DNA of 64,000 bases, taken from an uncultured Nitrospiraceae bacterium. GTDB taxonomy: Bacteria > Nitrospirota > Thermodesulfovibrionia > Thermodesulfovibrionales > Dissulfurispiraceae. The notes beneath the pieces were generated by a model. The model saw only the letters and a program-made list of their open reading frames with translations, was not told the DNA's origin and did no database searches. Positions 1 through 10,474 of the stretch are shown piece after piece. The position numbers and the translations under genes were made by a program. The stretch spans positions 256,001 to 320,000 of the forward strand of contig CAVPIW010000005.1 of assembly GCA_963705105.1 (NCBI GenBank), given 5' to 3'. Position 1 is the stretch's first letter. Every line of letters begins with the position of its first letter.

Positions 1-964
1 CGGAATACAGAAACGATCTGTAGTACTGGGCTCTCGCATTGAGAATAGCCGTGGAGATCGACAGGTACTCGAATAGCCAATAGCGATGCTTGAGCGCGTA
101 CCAATAGAGCAATGCCCGAGCCGTTCGCCCGTTGCCGTCCATGAAGGGATGAACATAGGCGAGCCAGAAATGCAGAATAATGCCCTTGACGACGGGGTTG
201 ACGAATGCGTCCTCGCCATTGGTGTTCGCAAAGTCGCACATGCTTGCCATGAGTTCGGGCACATCGCCGGCCTTTGGAGGAATATGGAGCACCGTCCGCC
301 CGTCAATGTCAGCCACGTGTATCTCCTCATCACCAGGGGACCTGAATCGACCCGCCCATGAAGAGTCATCCAGTGTATTGATGGTCATTGCGGCATGAAT
401 CTCCTGTATCAGTCCGATCGTGAGGGGTTCCCTGAGCCGCTTCTTCAGGAGCTGCATCGACAGATAGTTGTTATAGATCATCTGCTCGGATCGGTCTCGC
501 GGCCGTCTGCCTGTCTGCAGCATTTCTTTCGCTATGACACGCGTTGTCGCCGCTCCCTCGATCCGGCTGGATGATATCGCTTCATCGACGAGGGACCCTA
601 TCATGTATCTCTTCTTTTCGTCCCCGTGGACTGAGGGGTCATCAACGAGGATAGATCCGCCTGCCTGCCGGTCTATGAAATCAAGCTCCCGGAGCACGCA
701 ATCGGGAAGCCAATACACGAAATTGTGTCCCGATGGGTCAGCCAGGGGAAGGGACCTGTGCTGAACGAGCCGGGAAAGCTTTACCATGCCCCACGCCGTC
801 TCGGGGTCAGCGCCTTCCGGCAGAGGCTGGTATTTCAACTGGTCCCAGTACATATAGTCGCTGTTTGCCTTTCTGACGAGGTCCATCATCTTATATGCCA
901 ATGCACCCGCAATTGGCTTTTTCAGCGTTTCCTCCCAGCGGGGCGCCTTCTCCGGTTTTTTCAA
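1..964 (-). CDS. Fic family protein (runs off window start; absent from ORF track)
   Basis: Open minus frame from TTG at 964 with GGAGG RBS: MKKPEKAPRW...EAISSSRIEG...LHFWLAYVHPFMDGNGRTAR; canonical Fic motif HPFxDGNGRxxR. Confidence 0.9.
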   Translation of the reverse strand, partial: MKKPEKAPRWEETLKKPIAGALAYKMMDLVRKANSDYMYWDQLKYQPLPEGADPETAWGMVKLSRLVQHRSLPLADPSGHNFVYWLPDCVLRELDFIDRQAGGSILVDDPSVHGDEKKRYMIGSLVDEAISSSRIEGAATTRVIAKEMLQTGRRPRDRSEQMIYNNYLSMQLLKKRLREPLTIGLIQEIHAAMTINTLDDSSWAGRFRSPGDEEIHVADIDGRTVLHIPPKAGDVPELMASMCDFANTNGEDAFVNPVVKGIILHFWLAYVHPFMDGNGRTARALLYWYALKHRYWLFEYLSISTAILNARAQYYRSFLYS

Positions 965-1043
965 TGAACCTCCAAATACTAATTTGACATTAATTAGTAC
1001 ATAATTAGGAACAGAACAGGTAATTTAATATAAATACTAATTT

Positions 1044-1072
1044 ATTTTACTTTAGTAATTTACCCTTGTCAA
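1044..1072 (-). promoter_or_regulatory. Sigma70-type promoter of the Fic gene
   Basis: Minus strand TTGACA-N17-TAAAAT within an AT-rich patch. Confidence 0.75.
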
Positions 1073-1181
1073 GGATATTATTATTCAAACAACTCGGGCT
1101 TTTACGGGGTCGTCAAGGTTTAGGTATAATACGATTGCTTCGATAACAGTATAGAGAACGCAAGGCAGCGGAGGCGAGATC

Positions 1182-1514
1182 ATGGAAATCGATGTGCAGA
1201 TGGGAGGAGACTCCCTTTCGATACCTGTTGACAATCCGTACCGTATCGATATGAACGCCCTTACGAGACAGATCGAGGACTTTGCCGCCATACGGGGGAC
1301 GAGCGTAACCGGCCTCGACATCAGGGGACTCCTGCCGCGCATGGTCAAGGGAGTTGCGGGATGCGAGAACGGCTGCCCGGCCAACGCACTGAGTCTGGTC
1401 CGGGAAGGGTTCGGGAATTTCGAGCTTGCCTACGTGGAGGGGGGAATCCTGAAGGCACAGGCGCCCATGGAAAACGGACGGGCCCTCTCCATCAAGATCT
1501 TTCCCGATTTCTGA
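1182..1514 (+). CDS. Hypothetical protein (110 aa, CxxxC)
   Basis: GGAGG RBS; TATAAT upstream near 1124; no family recognised. Confidence 0.7.
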   Translation: MEIDVQMGGDSLSIPVDNPYRIDMNALTRQIEDFAAIRGTSVTGLDIRGLLPRMVKGVAGCENGCPANALSLVREGFGNFELAYVEGGILKAQAPMENGRALSIKIFPDF

Positions 1515-3221
<1,707 letters not shown>

Positions 3222-3346
3222 AATGCTTCCCCTGTGTGTTTATTCGGTTTTGCTATCAAAGTATTTTAGCATAGACCTGATCGATGCATAAGCCCCGGAA
3301 AAATCATTAAGCCACGAGTCATTAGGCGGTAGTCGACAGTCGGAAC

Positions 3347-3536
3347 CAGACGACAAAGGCACCGACGGAAAGGCTGATGTGGCGAAAAGCCTTTCCTCTA
3401 GGATGCCTTGTTCATCTCCGGACCACCCTTCGCCGTGTCGATCGATACCGGAAGCCCGTCAGGCAACAGAGGCCGAACACCTTGAGATGTCTCATCATCG
3501 CCTTGGAAAGACTTTGAACCATTTCTGCCTACCCGG
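3347..3536. repeat. 170-nt rod-hairpin repeat family, copy 1
   Basis: Colinear without indels with 53651-53820 and 60759-60928; ends are imperfect inverted repeats. Confidence 0.85.
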
Positions 3537-3626
3537 CGGGGAGCAACGTTCAAGGGGAGAGAGTTAACTTGCACAGCTGCCGGTCGGGTGACTGTTTTTC
3601 GCACAGATGTGGTAAAATAAAAAATT

Positions 3627-3710
3627 GCCGAAGTGGCGGAATTGGCAGACGCGCTAGGTTCAGGGTCTAGTGGTCGAGAGGCCGTGCGGGTTCGACTCCC
3701 GCCTTCGGCA
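3627..3710 (+). tRNA. tRNA-Leu(CAG), CCA not encoded
   Basis: Acceptor stem GCCGAAG/CTTCGGC; anticodon arm CTAGG-TTCAGGG-TCTAG; long variable arm; GGTTCGACTCC T-loop. Confidence 0.95.
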
Positions 3711-3742
3711 TTTTTTTATGCCTCACGGGCATGCTACCGCCT

Positions 3743-3931
3743 TCAGGCGACGACCGCACCCTGCGAGAAGATGCACCTGTCCGTGACGACTCCCTGCTCT
3801 CCCTCGATTTCGAAGCTGTAATCCTCCACGACTTTCGCCTCTTTCAAACGGTCGAGGATCTCCTTCAGAAGCCAATGGGCATCGGACGGGTCCGTGCCGG
3901 TGAAGTTCAGCTCTACTTTAGCCTTCATCAA
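3743..3931 (-). CDS. Small hypothetical protein overlapping the purB end
   Basis: GGAGGG RBS inside the purB tail; plausible composition (MKAKVELNF...). Confidence 0.55.
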   Translation of the reverse strand: MMKAKVELNFTGTDPSDAHWLLKEILDRLKEAKVVEDYSFEIEGEQGVVTDRCIFSQGAVVA

Positions 3932-5216
3932 ACACCCTCCTGAACAAAAAGTCCACGTGTCTCAGGTAAAAATCCAGGTTGAAGATATTCCCGATCTCGT
4001 CCCCGCTCAGGACCGCCGTGACGGCCCCATCGCCGCTAAGGAGCTCCCTGAAGGGCTTTCCCTCCCGCCAGCTCCGCATCGCGTTGCGCTGCACGATGTC
4101 ATAGGCCTCTTCCCTCGTCATCCCTTTGCCGACGAGGGCGAGAAGCACCCGCTGGGAGTTGTAGAGTCCGAAGCTCCGCTGCATGTTCGCCTCCATTCTC
4201 TCCGGGTAGACCTGGAGGTCCCTGAGGGTGCAGGTGAGCCTGTTCAGCATATAGTCGACCAGGATCGTGCTGTCGGGAATGATCACCCTCTCGACGGATG
4301 AATGGGAGATGTCCCGCTCATGCCAGAGGGCGATATTTTCAATGGCCGGGATGACGTTCGCCCTGACCACGCGGGCAAGGCCGGAGAGGTTCTCGCATCC
4401 CACGGGATTCCTCTTGTGGGGCATCGCCGACGACCCCTTTTGGCCTGCCGTAAAAGGCTCCTCGGCCTCGAGGACCTCCGTTCGCTGGAGGTGCCTGATC
4501 TCGACGGCGATCTTCTCCACAGAGGCGGCGACGAGGGCGAGGGCTGCGAGGTACTCCGCATGACGGTCCCGCTGTATAACCTGTGTTGCGATCGATTCGG
4601 GCCTGAGGCCGAGGCGCGAGCAGACTTTTTCCTCCAACTCTGGAGGCATGTTCGAAAAGGTGCCGACGGCGCCGGAGATCTTGCCGACGCTGATCACGTC
4701 CCGGGCCTGCTCCATGCGGCGGAGACTCCGCTTCGCATCCTCGTACCAGAGCGCGAATTTGAGCCCGAAGGTCATCGGTTCGGCATGAACGCCGTGACTC
4801 CTGCCCATGCAGGGTGTGGCCTTGTATGCGTAGGCATTCTCTTTCAGCACGGACATCAGCTCCCTAATGTCGCCGGAGATGATGTCCGCCGCCTCCTTCA
4901 TGAGGAGGGTCAGGGCCGTGTCCGTCACGTCCGAGGACGTCATTCCCAGGTGGATGAACCGCGACTCAGGGCCGACGAACTCCGCCACGGAGGTGAGGAA
5001 GGCGATCACGTCGTGTTTGACGGTCCGCTCGATCTCGTCGATCCTGGCAATGTCGAACCGGGCCTTCTCCTTTATGATCCTCACCGCCTCGTGAGGAATC
5101 TCTCCCAGTTCCTCCCATCCCTCGCAGACGGCAATCTCTACATCGAGCCACTTCCGGAACCTGTTCTCCGGCTCCCAGATCCTGCCCATCTCCTTTCGTG
5201 TGTATCGCGATATCAT
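3918..5216 (-). CDS. purB: Adenylosuccinate lyase
   Basis: [10 protein letters not shown] start; fumarase-family signature [22 protein letters not shown]. Confidence 0.97.
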   Translation of the reverse strand: MISRYTRKEMGRIWEPENRFRKWLDVEIAVCEGWEELGEIPHEAVRIIKEKARFDIARIDEIERTVKHDVIAFLTSVAEFVGPESRFIHLGMTSSDVTDTALTLLMKEAADIISGDIRELMSVLKENAYAYKATPCMGRSHGVHAEPMTFGLKFALWYEDAKRSLRRMEQARDVISVGKISGAVGTFSNMPPELEEKVCSRLGLRPESIATQVIQRDRHAEYLAALALVAASVEKIAVEIRHLQRTEVLEAEEPFTAGQKGSSAMPHKRNPVGCENLSGLARVVRANVIPAIENIALWHERDISHSSVERVIIPDSTILVDYMLNRLTCTLRDLQVYPERMEANMQRSFGLYNSQRVLLALVGKGMTREEAYDIVQRNAMRSWREGKPFRELLSGDGAVTAVLSGDEIGNIFNLDFYLRHVDFLFRRVFDEG

Positions 5217-5284
5217 CGACATCCTCCCATATCTGTGTCGGGTTCTATATTAGCAGGTTTCGGGGGCACATGAGAACAGGCATT

Positions 5285-5385
5285 CTTAAACTTATCGCTG
5301 CAACGGGACATCCGGAAAGGCGGGGCGAAGATGCCGTAGAACAGTACACAGCAGACAGGAATCAGACGACAAAGGCACGACGGGA
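5285..5385. repeat. Partial modular REP-like element plus truncated leader of the 170-nt family
   Basis: CTTATCGCTGCAA...GGAAAGGCGGGGCG arm, then CAGACGACAAAGGCACGACGG as at 3347. Confidence 0.65.
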
Positions 5386-5396
5386 ATCCACACATG

Positions 5397-6344
5397 CTAC
5401 AGGGTGCCGAGTGCCCTGTAGAGACCTGTAACGACCTCTGCCATTTTGCCGTAATCGAGAGTGTCGGCGGTATCGCCCGGCCCATGGTAGTTCGGATTGC
5501 GGTAGAAGGCCGTGTCGGTGACCATGAAGGCCCGATACCCGAATTTCCAGAAGCTCCGGTGGTCGGAGAAATCGACTCCCGGGATGATCGACGGCGAACT
5601 CAGCGATTCCACGGGCATCGTAGAGGTCTCCCGGAAGGCGCGCTGCATCCTTTTCGTGAAGGGCAGTGACGAGATGTTCCCCACGAAAGCGATGAAATTC
5701 CCCCGTGTCGGATAGAAGAGCCTGAAAAACGGCAGCGGGAAATACTGGGATCCCTCTTCGCCGGAATAGAAGCCGAGCATCTCGAGGGCGATCATCCCGT
5801 ATACCTTTGCGCCCTCCTCTCTGAGGCTCTTCGCGTAGACATGGCTGCCCATCCGGCTCGTCATGAAGACCGGCGGCTCCTCAAGGGTGAAGGCAACGAA
5901 CCGCACAGTCCGACTCATCGGCCTCTCCGATGTCATCCTCGCCAGCTCGATGAGGCCCGCCATGGCGCTCGCATTGTCGTCTGCGCCGGGTGTCCCGATG
6001 ACCGTGTCGTAGTGAGCGCCCACGACGACAATGCCGTCATCATCCGCCCCCGTGCCCTTCACCTCGCCGATGATGTTGTAGTATGTGTTGTCCTTGTATA
6101 CGAAGGCCTGCCGGCTGACGACGCAACGGGCCGAACGGAGGGAATCTTCGATGAACTGCGCCGCCCGGTTGAGCTTTTCAACGTCGCGGAAACTCCGCTG
6201 GCCGATCTCCTCAGCGAGGAACCGCACCGTCATTCTGAGACGCGCTTCCATATCTTTCCTTTCGTCAGCTTGCGACAAGCCCGGTGAAAACGCCGCCATG
6301 CAGAGGACTGTGAGAACCGTCCAAGATATGGCAGCCCTGATCAT
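5397..6344 (-). CDS. M28 family peptidase, exported
   Basis: Signal peptide; GAHYD, GADDNAS, TLEEP, SDH, YH motifs. Confidence 0.9.
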   Translation of the reverse strand: MIRAAISWTVLTVLCMAAFSPGLSQADERKDMEARLRMTVRFLAEEIGQRSFRDVEKLNRAAQFIEDSLRSARCVVSRQAFVYKDNTYYNIIGEVKGTGADDDGIVVVGAHYDTVIGTPGADDNASAMAGLIELARMTSERPMSRTVRFVAFTLEEPPVFMTSRMGSHVYAKSLREEGAKVYGMIALEMLGFYSGEEGSQYFPLPFFRLFYPTRGNFIAFVGNISSLPFTKRMQRAFRETSTMPVESLSSPSIIPGVDFSDHRSFWKFGYRAFMVTDTAFYRNPNYHGPGDTADTLDYGKMAEVVTGLYRALGTL

Positions 6345-6357
6345 AATTATCCCACAT

Positions 6358-6447
6358 CACTGGTGTCCATAATAATCTGACATGACGATGAGTATGCCCG
6401 TAAACATTGTTTCAAAAACCAAACCCGCTCCTCGTTTGCAAGGTGTC
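6358..6447. repeat. Intergenic repeat (TGGTGTCC family), short copy
   Basis: Both ends match 60416-60630 (TGGTGTCCA.AATAA; TTCAAAAACCAAACCC.CTCCTCGTTT). Confidence 0.6.
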
Positions 6448-6492
6448 GCTGCAAGCTTATGACGCAGGTGACCTCACATATTTATTGTACCC

Positions 6493-7710
6493 CTATCGGG
6501 AATGAACCTGCTGCTCTCTGCGCTGAGAGGAGTCCCGGCAAAGTGTAAAGAGTGAGACAAAGGCCGCCCCGATCGACAGCAGGCAGATGGCAACAACGCC
6601 GTGCCAACCCCGGCTGTGCCAGAGCAGTCCCGGGACGATCGCCCCGGCGCCGCCTCCGGTGTAATAGAAAAAGAGATAGAGCGATGACGCGGACCCCTTC
6701 CCTTCCCGTGCAAGGTCACCGACGAGGGCGCTCGCTGCGGGCTGGCTGATGAAGAGCCCAGCGCAGAGGAGAAACAGGCCGCCGATAATGACCCCGAGGT
6801 GGGGCAGAAAAGTCAGAAGCATGCCCCCTGAAGCAGTGATCAATCCCGCGCATATGACGGGCGTCCTCCCGTAGCGGCTCGACAGGGAACCCGCCACGGG
6901 CGAAACGACTCCGGCGATGTAGATGCTGAAAAGGAGACCCAGAGACGTCGTCGAGAGGCTGTAGGGAGGAGCGCTGAGGTGGAATGTGACATACGTAAAG
7001 GCGCCGGTGAACGTGAAAAAGAGCATGAAGGCGATGGTGAACACGCCGAGAAGGCGCCGGCTTCCCAAATGCCTGAAAAGACCCGCAAGTGACTCCAGCA
7101 CGCCTCCCCTCCCCCTGAACCTCGACGAGGGAGGCAAATACCGGACCATGAGGATGCCGCCGGCAAGATTGAGGACGCTGAAAATGAGGAATGCCGTCCG
7201 CCATCCCAGTTGCCCTGAGAGCACGCCGCCGAAGACCCTGCCGAAGAAACCCGCCGCTATCATGGAACTGACGTATATCCCCATTCCCCTGCCCACGAGG
7301 GAAGGCGGGAACTCCTCCGCTATGTAGGCCATGGCAATCGCAGCGATCCCCGCGACAAAGAGACCCTGAAGGGACCGGAAAAAGAGGAATGCCTGGAAAT
7401 CTGTCGCAAAAGCGATGAGCGCCGTCGGCACGGTGAGGAGGAAACCGGAAAGGACCATAACCGGCTTGCGGCCGACGATATCCGAGAGGGGCCCGCAGAT
7501 GAGCAGCCCGCAGGAGAGGGAAAAAATGGTGAAGGACACGGCGAGGCTTGCGACAGGAGGGCTCACCGTGAATTCGGCGCCCAGGAGCGGCAGGATCGGT
7601 TGCGCGATATAGATGTCCGAGATCACGGCCACGGTGCCGAACCACAGGGTCCGGAGCGCCCTCCGGTAGGACGCGGCATCAGCGGGTTTGCTCTGGAGAG
7701 CCTGTTTCAT
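6493..7710 (-). CDS. MFS transporter (YnfM-like)
   Basis: About 12 hydrophobic segments; GPLSDIVGRK MFS motif A; likely start ATG 7710. Confidence 0.88.
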   Translation of the reverse strand: MKQALQSKPADAASYRRALRTLWFGTVAVISDIYIAQPILPLLGAEFTVSPPVASLAVSFTIFSLSCGLLICGPLSDIVGRKPVMVLSGFLLTVPTALIAFATDFQAFLFFRSLQGLFVAGIAAIAMAYIAEEFPPSLVGRGMGIYVSSMIAAGFFGRVFGGVLSGQLGWRTAFLIFSVLNLAGGILMVRYLPPSSRFRGRGGVLESLAGLFRHLGSRRLLGVFTIAFMLFFTFTGAFTYVTFHLSAPPYSLSTTSLGLLFSIYIAGVVSPVAGSLSSRYGRTPVICAGLITASGGMLLTFLPHLGVIIGGLFLLCAGLFISQPAASALVGDLAREGKGSASSLYLFFYYTGGGAGAIVPGLLWHSRGWHGVVAICLLSIGAAFVSLFTLCRDSSQRREQQVHSR

Positions 7711-7790
7711 GCCCCTTTCCTCATTCCGGTGTGCTCTGTCCTCTGTCCTTCCTGTCGCCATCCCCACCGCTGTTGATGTAAAATAACCCC

Positions 7791-8333
7791 ATGAGCATGA
7801 GACACCTGAAAATCCTCATCATGGTATTATTCACATTTCTCATCTTCCTTTCATCCACTGCCGCTGCCCAGGAGTCGAAATACCGAATCACGGAAGTGCA
7901 CGACGGGGATACCGTGAGCATACGTGTCAAGGCTTACGCGGGCATTCCGCTCAAGATTGAGCGTGCGCGACTGATCGGCATCGACGCGCCGGAGTTGAAA
8001 CAGGAGCCCTGGGGCCGGAAGGCGCACCGCCATCTCAAGAAGCTCATCAGTCAGAGCGACTGGGTCACGACAGTCGAATTCGATGTCGAGCAGAGAGACA
8101 AGCACGGGCGGCTCCTCGTCTATCTCCGCGGCAGGGACGGGAACCTGATCAACGAGCGCATGGTGGCAGAAGGTTACGCCGTGCTCTTTACCGTCCCGCC
8201 GAACGTGAAGCACGCCGATCTCTTCCTGGAGGCCGAGAGGAAGGCCCGGTCGCAGAAACGGGGCATCTGGGGCGAGAAGGGTTTGCAGGAGATGCCGTCC
8301 GAGTGGCGGCGTGCTCATCCGCGTTCCGACTGA
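7791..8333 (+). CDS. Thermonuclease (SNase-like), exported
   Basis: Signal peptide; HDGDT, RLIGIDAPE, DKHGRLLVY, KRGIW motifs. Confidence 0.92.
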   Translation: MSMRHLKILIMVLFTFLIFLSSTAAAQESKYRITEVHDGDTVSIRVKAYAGIPLKIERARLIGIDAPELKQEPWGRKAHRHLKKLISQSDWVTTVEFDVEQRDKHGRLLVYLRGRDGNLINERMVAEGYAVLFTVPPNVKHADLFLEAERKARSQKRGIWGEKGLQEMPSEWRRAHPRSD

Positions 8334-8352
8334 GATTCCCCTGGTGGATATG

Positions 8353-9364
8353 TGGGGTCAGACTTGCAAATTGCTTTTGGCTCTCTGAAACTTCAGAATC
8401 TTAATAACTTCCGACATCTGCTCTTTAACGTCTTCAGCTTCCATGAGATATCTTGTGATCACCGCAGGATCTCTTTTCAGGTATCCGGCTATCTCTTTGC
8501 CGCGATACCCATACTCCTTCGCCATCTGACTGAAGAGCCTCCTCGCCGCCATAACTTCAGCCCCCTTGCCTTTCTCTCTCATCGTAGCAAGGTTAATCCC
8601 ACGGACGTGTTCTATTCCCTGGACGATCTCCCGTAATGTATATTCTTTTGGTCTCTTTGTCATCGTGAGTTGGAGTTTGTATTTCTCTTTCACTTCCTCT
8701 GCAAAGCTCTCATCGCCGAGTATCCTCTGGTCTACGGTCCGGTAGACATCATCTTTGCTCACTGCACTACCTTCCTCCATAAAGGCCTGATAAAGTCGCC
8801 GCGCCCCGCCTGTTTCCTCTGAAAACATCCGCAGCACCCGATCCGTATCAACCAGCCCCGCACTGTCCGCCTTGGTGATGTAAAATTTGTGGCTGCTCCA
8901 CGAATATACGCCCGGATGCTTCACGAGTCGCGCTCTGACAGGATTCCGGTGGATGTACTTAAGCAGGGTCAGCAGATATTCGTCTCTGTCACAGAGAATC
9001 GCTTTGTATCTGCCCTGAAAGAGGTGACCGACCTTGTTATATTTCCAGTTGAAGTATTGCGTGTATCTCTGGTTGACCCCCTGAAGGATCTTCGACAGGC
9101 CTGTCTGCCTTGTCTCAATAAGAAGGTGGACATGGTTGCGCATCAAAACATAAGCGTACAGCAGAAAGTTGTATCGACTTTTATAGTCGGCGATGATGTT
9201 GAGGTATTTTTCATAGTCGCCGTCATCTCTGAAGATGCGCTGTTTTTGATTGCCGCGCGTGATGACGTGATAAAAGGCTCCTTCAAATTCGATGCGAGGC
9301 TTCCGCGCCATTAATTATATTAGCAATGTTTTAATGCTTAATGCAATTTGCAAGTCTGACCCCA
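8353..9364 (-). mobile_element. Y1/HUH transposase element with 22-bp perfect terminal inverted repeats
   Basis: TGGGGTCAGACTTGCAAATTGC at 8353-8374 and its reverse complement at 9343-9364; interior visibly lower in GC. Confidence 0.8.
8358..9311 (-). CDS. REP-associated tyrosine transposase-like protein (Y1_Tnp) with C-terminal HTH
   Basis: YHVITRGN, MRNHVHLL (HUH), FQGRY, YIHRNPV, YSWSS. Confidence 0.92.
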   Translation of the reverse strand: MARKPRIEFEGAFYHVITRGNQKQRIFRDDGDYEKYLNIIADYKSRYNFLLYAYVLMRNHVHLLIETRQTGLSKILQGVNQRYTQYFNWKYNKVGHLFQGRYKAILCDRDEYLLTLLKYIHRNPVRARLVKHPGVYSWSSHKFYITKADSAGLVDTDRVLRMFSEETGGARRLYQAFMEEGSAVSKDDVYRTVDQRILGDESFAEEVKEKYKLQLTMTKRPKEYTLREIVQGIEHVRGINLATMREKGKGAEVMAARRLFSQMAKEYGYRGKEIAGYLKRDPAVITRYLMEAEDVKEQMSEVIKILKFQRAKSNLQV

Positions 9365-10270
9365 TCTTCCGATTCTCCTGATCTCCGGTTCGAGGATGAT
9401 ACCGAAGGCTTGATGCACTTTCCGGGAGACGGCGTCCATGAGGCGGAGGAAATCTGCGGCCGTGCCGCCGCCGGTGTTGATGAAGAAATTCGCATGGACG
9501 GTGCTGACGGAGATGCCACCTGCTGTCATGCCCTTGCACCCTGCCTCGTCGATGAGTTTTCCCGCCGAAAGGCCGGGGGGGTTCCTGAACACGCACCCCG
9601 CGGAGCGCTGCCAGACGGGCTGTCCCGCTTTCTTTTCCTTCATAAAGGACCGGAACCTCTTTTGAATCTCGACGGGATCGTCCCTTTTCAACGCCAGCTC
9701 CGCGCTCACGATAACGGCGCCATCCGGCAGTGCCGTTTTCCGGTAGGCGAACATCATTTCTTCAGCTTTCACGTTCCTCAACACGCCGTCAGGCATAAGA
9801 ACCGAACAGGAGAGGAAGACGTCCCTCATTTCATAGCCGAAAGACCCCGCATTGCCGGCGACGGCGCCGCCGACGGAGCCGGGTATGCCAGCCAGGCCTT
9901 CCATACCGGAAAAACCCGCCCGAATTGCGGAGACGATGAAGGCCTGAAGCGCCATGCCGGACTGGACGCAGGCGATCCCGTTGCAGGAAAGGGAGCACGT
10001 CTTCATGGCTGCGGTGAGAATGACAGCGCCCTCAATACCCCCGTCATGAACGAGGACATTTGTCCCCCTGCCGAGGACCGTGTACGGGATCTGTTTGTCT
10101 CTCAGGATAGCGATGACTTCAACAAGAGACTGCTCGTCAGGGGACAGGAGCATGTCGGCGGGACCGCCGATGCCGAGGGATGTATGCCGGGCCATCGGTT
10201 CGGAAAACGTCAGCCCGATCCTCCGGGACAGGCAGAATGCCTCTATCCCGGACTCGTCATGGCGCATCAT
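9338..10270 (-). CDS. murB: UDP-N-acetylenolpyruvoylglucosamine reductase
   Basis: GIPGSVGGAVAGNAG, SAGCVFRNP, HANFFIN, LEPEIR. Confidence 0.95.
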   Translation of the reverse strand: MMRHDESGIEAFCLSRRIGLTFSEPMARHTSLGIGGPADMLLSPDEQSLVEVIAILRDKQIPYTVLGRGTNVLVHDGGIEGAVILTAAMKTCSLSCNGIACVQSGMALQAFIVSAIRAGFSGMEGLAGIPGSVGGAVAGNAGSFGYEMRDVFLSCSVLMPDGVLRNVKAEEMMFAYRKTALPDGAVIVSAELALKRDDPVEIQKRFRSFMKEKKAGQPVWQRSAGCVFRNPPGLSAGKLIDEAGCKGMTAGGISVSTVHANFFINTGGGTAADFLRLMDAVSRKVHQAFGIILEPEIRRIGRWGQTCKLH

Positions 10271-10461
10271 TGCATGCACCCTCCGGAAAGGCGGGGCGTA
10301 TGCGCCGAAAAACCTCGGTGCTGCGAAACCTTTGCCTTCCCATAAAGACTGTTTCAGGCGACGGTCATTGCCACAAAGGATGGAATCCCTAAGCCCGATT
10401 TAGAATAATCACTCTCGCTATCGGCGAGGCTTTGAGGCGCCTTGCCCCGCCTTTTCATGCT
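10271..10461. repeat. Modular REP-like inverted-repeat element
   Basis: GAAAGGCGGGGCG...GCCCCGCCTTTTCATGC arms; left ~85 bp matches the reverse complement of 63612-63697. Confidence 0.8.
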
Positions 10462-10474
10462 TCTGCGCGATAGT

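Noticed and set aside
86..967. Plus-strand ORFs at the window start
   Set aside because: They are antisense to the Fic gene, which has a canonical motif.
3627..3720. tRNA-Leu as an integration site
   Set aside because: No integrase is present and no duplicated tRNA 3' end was seen in the window.
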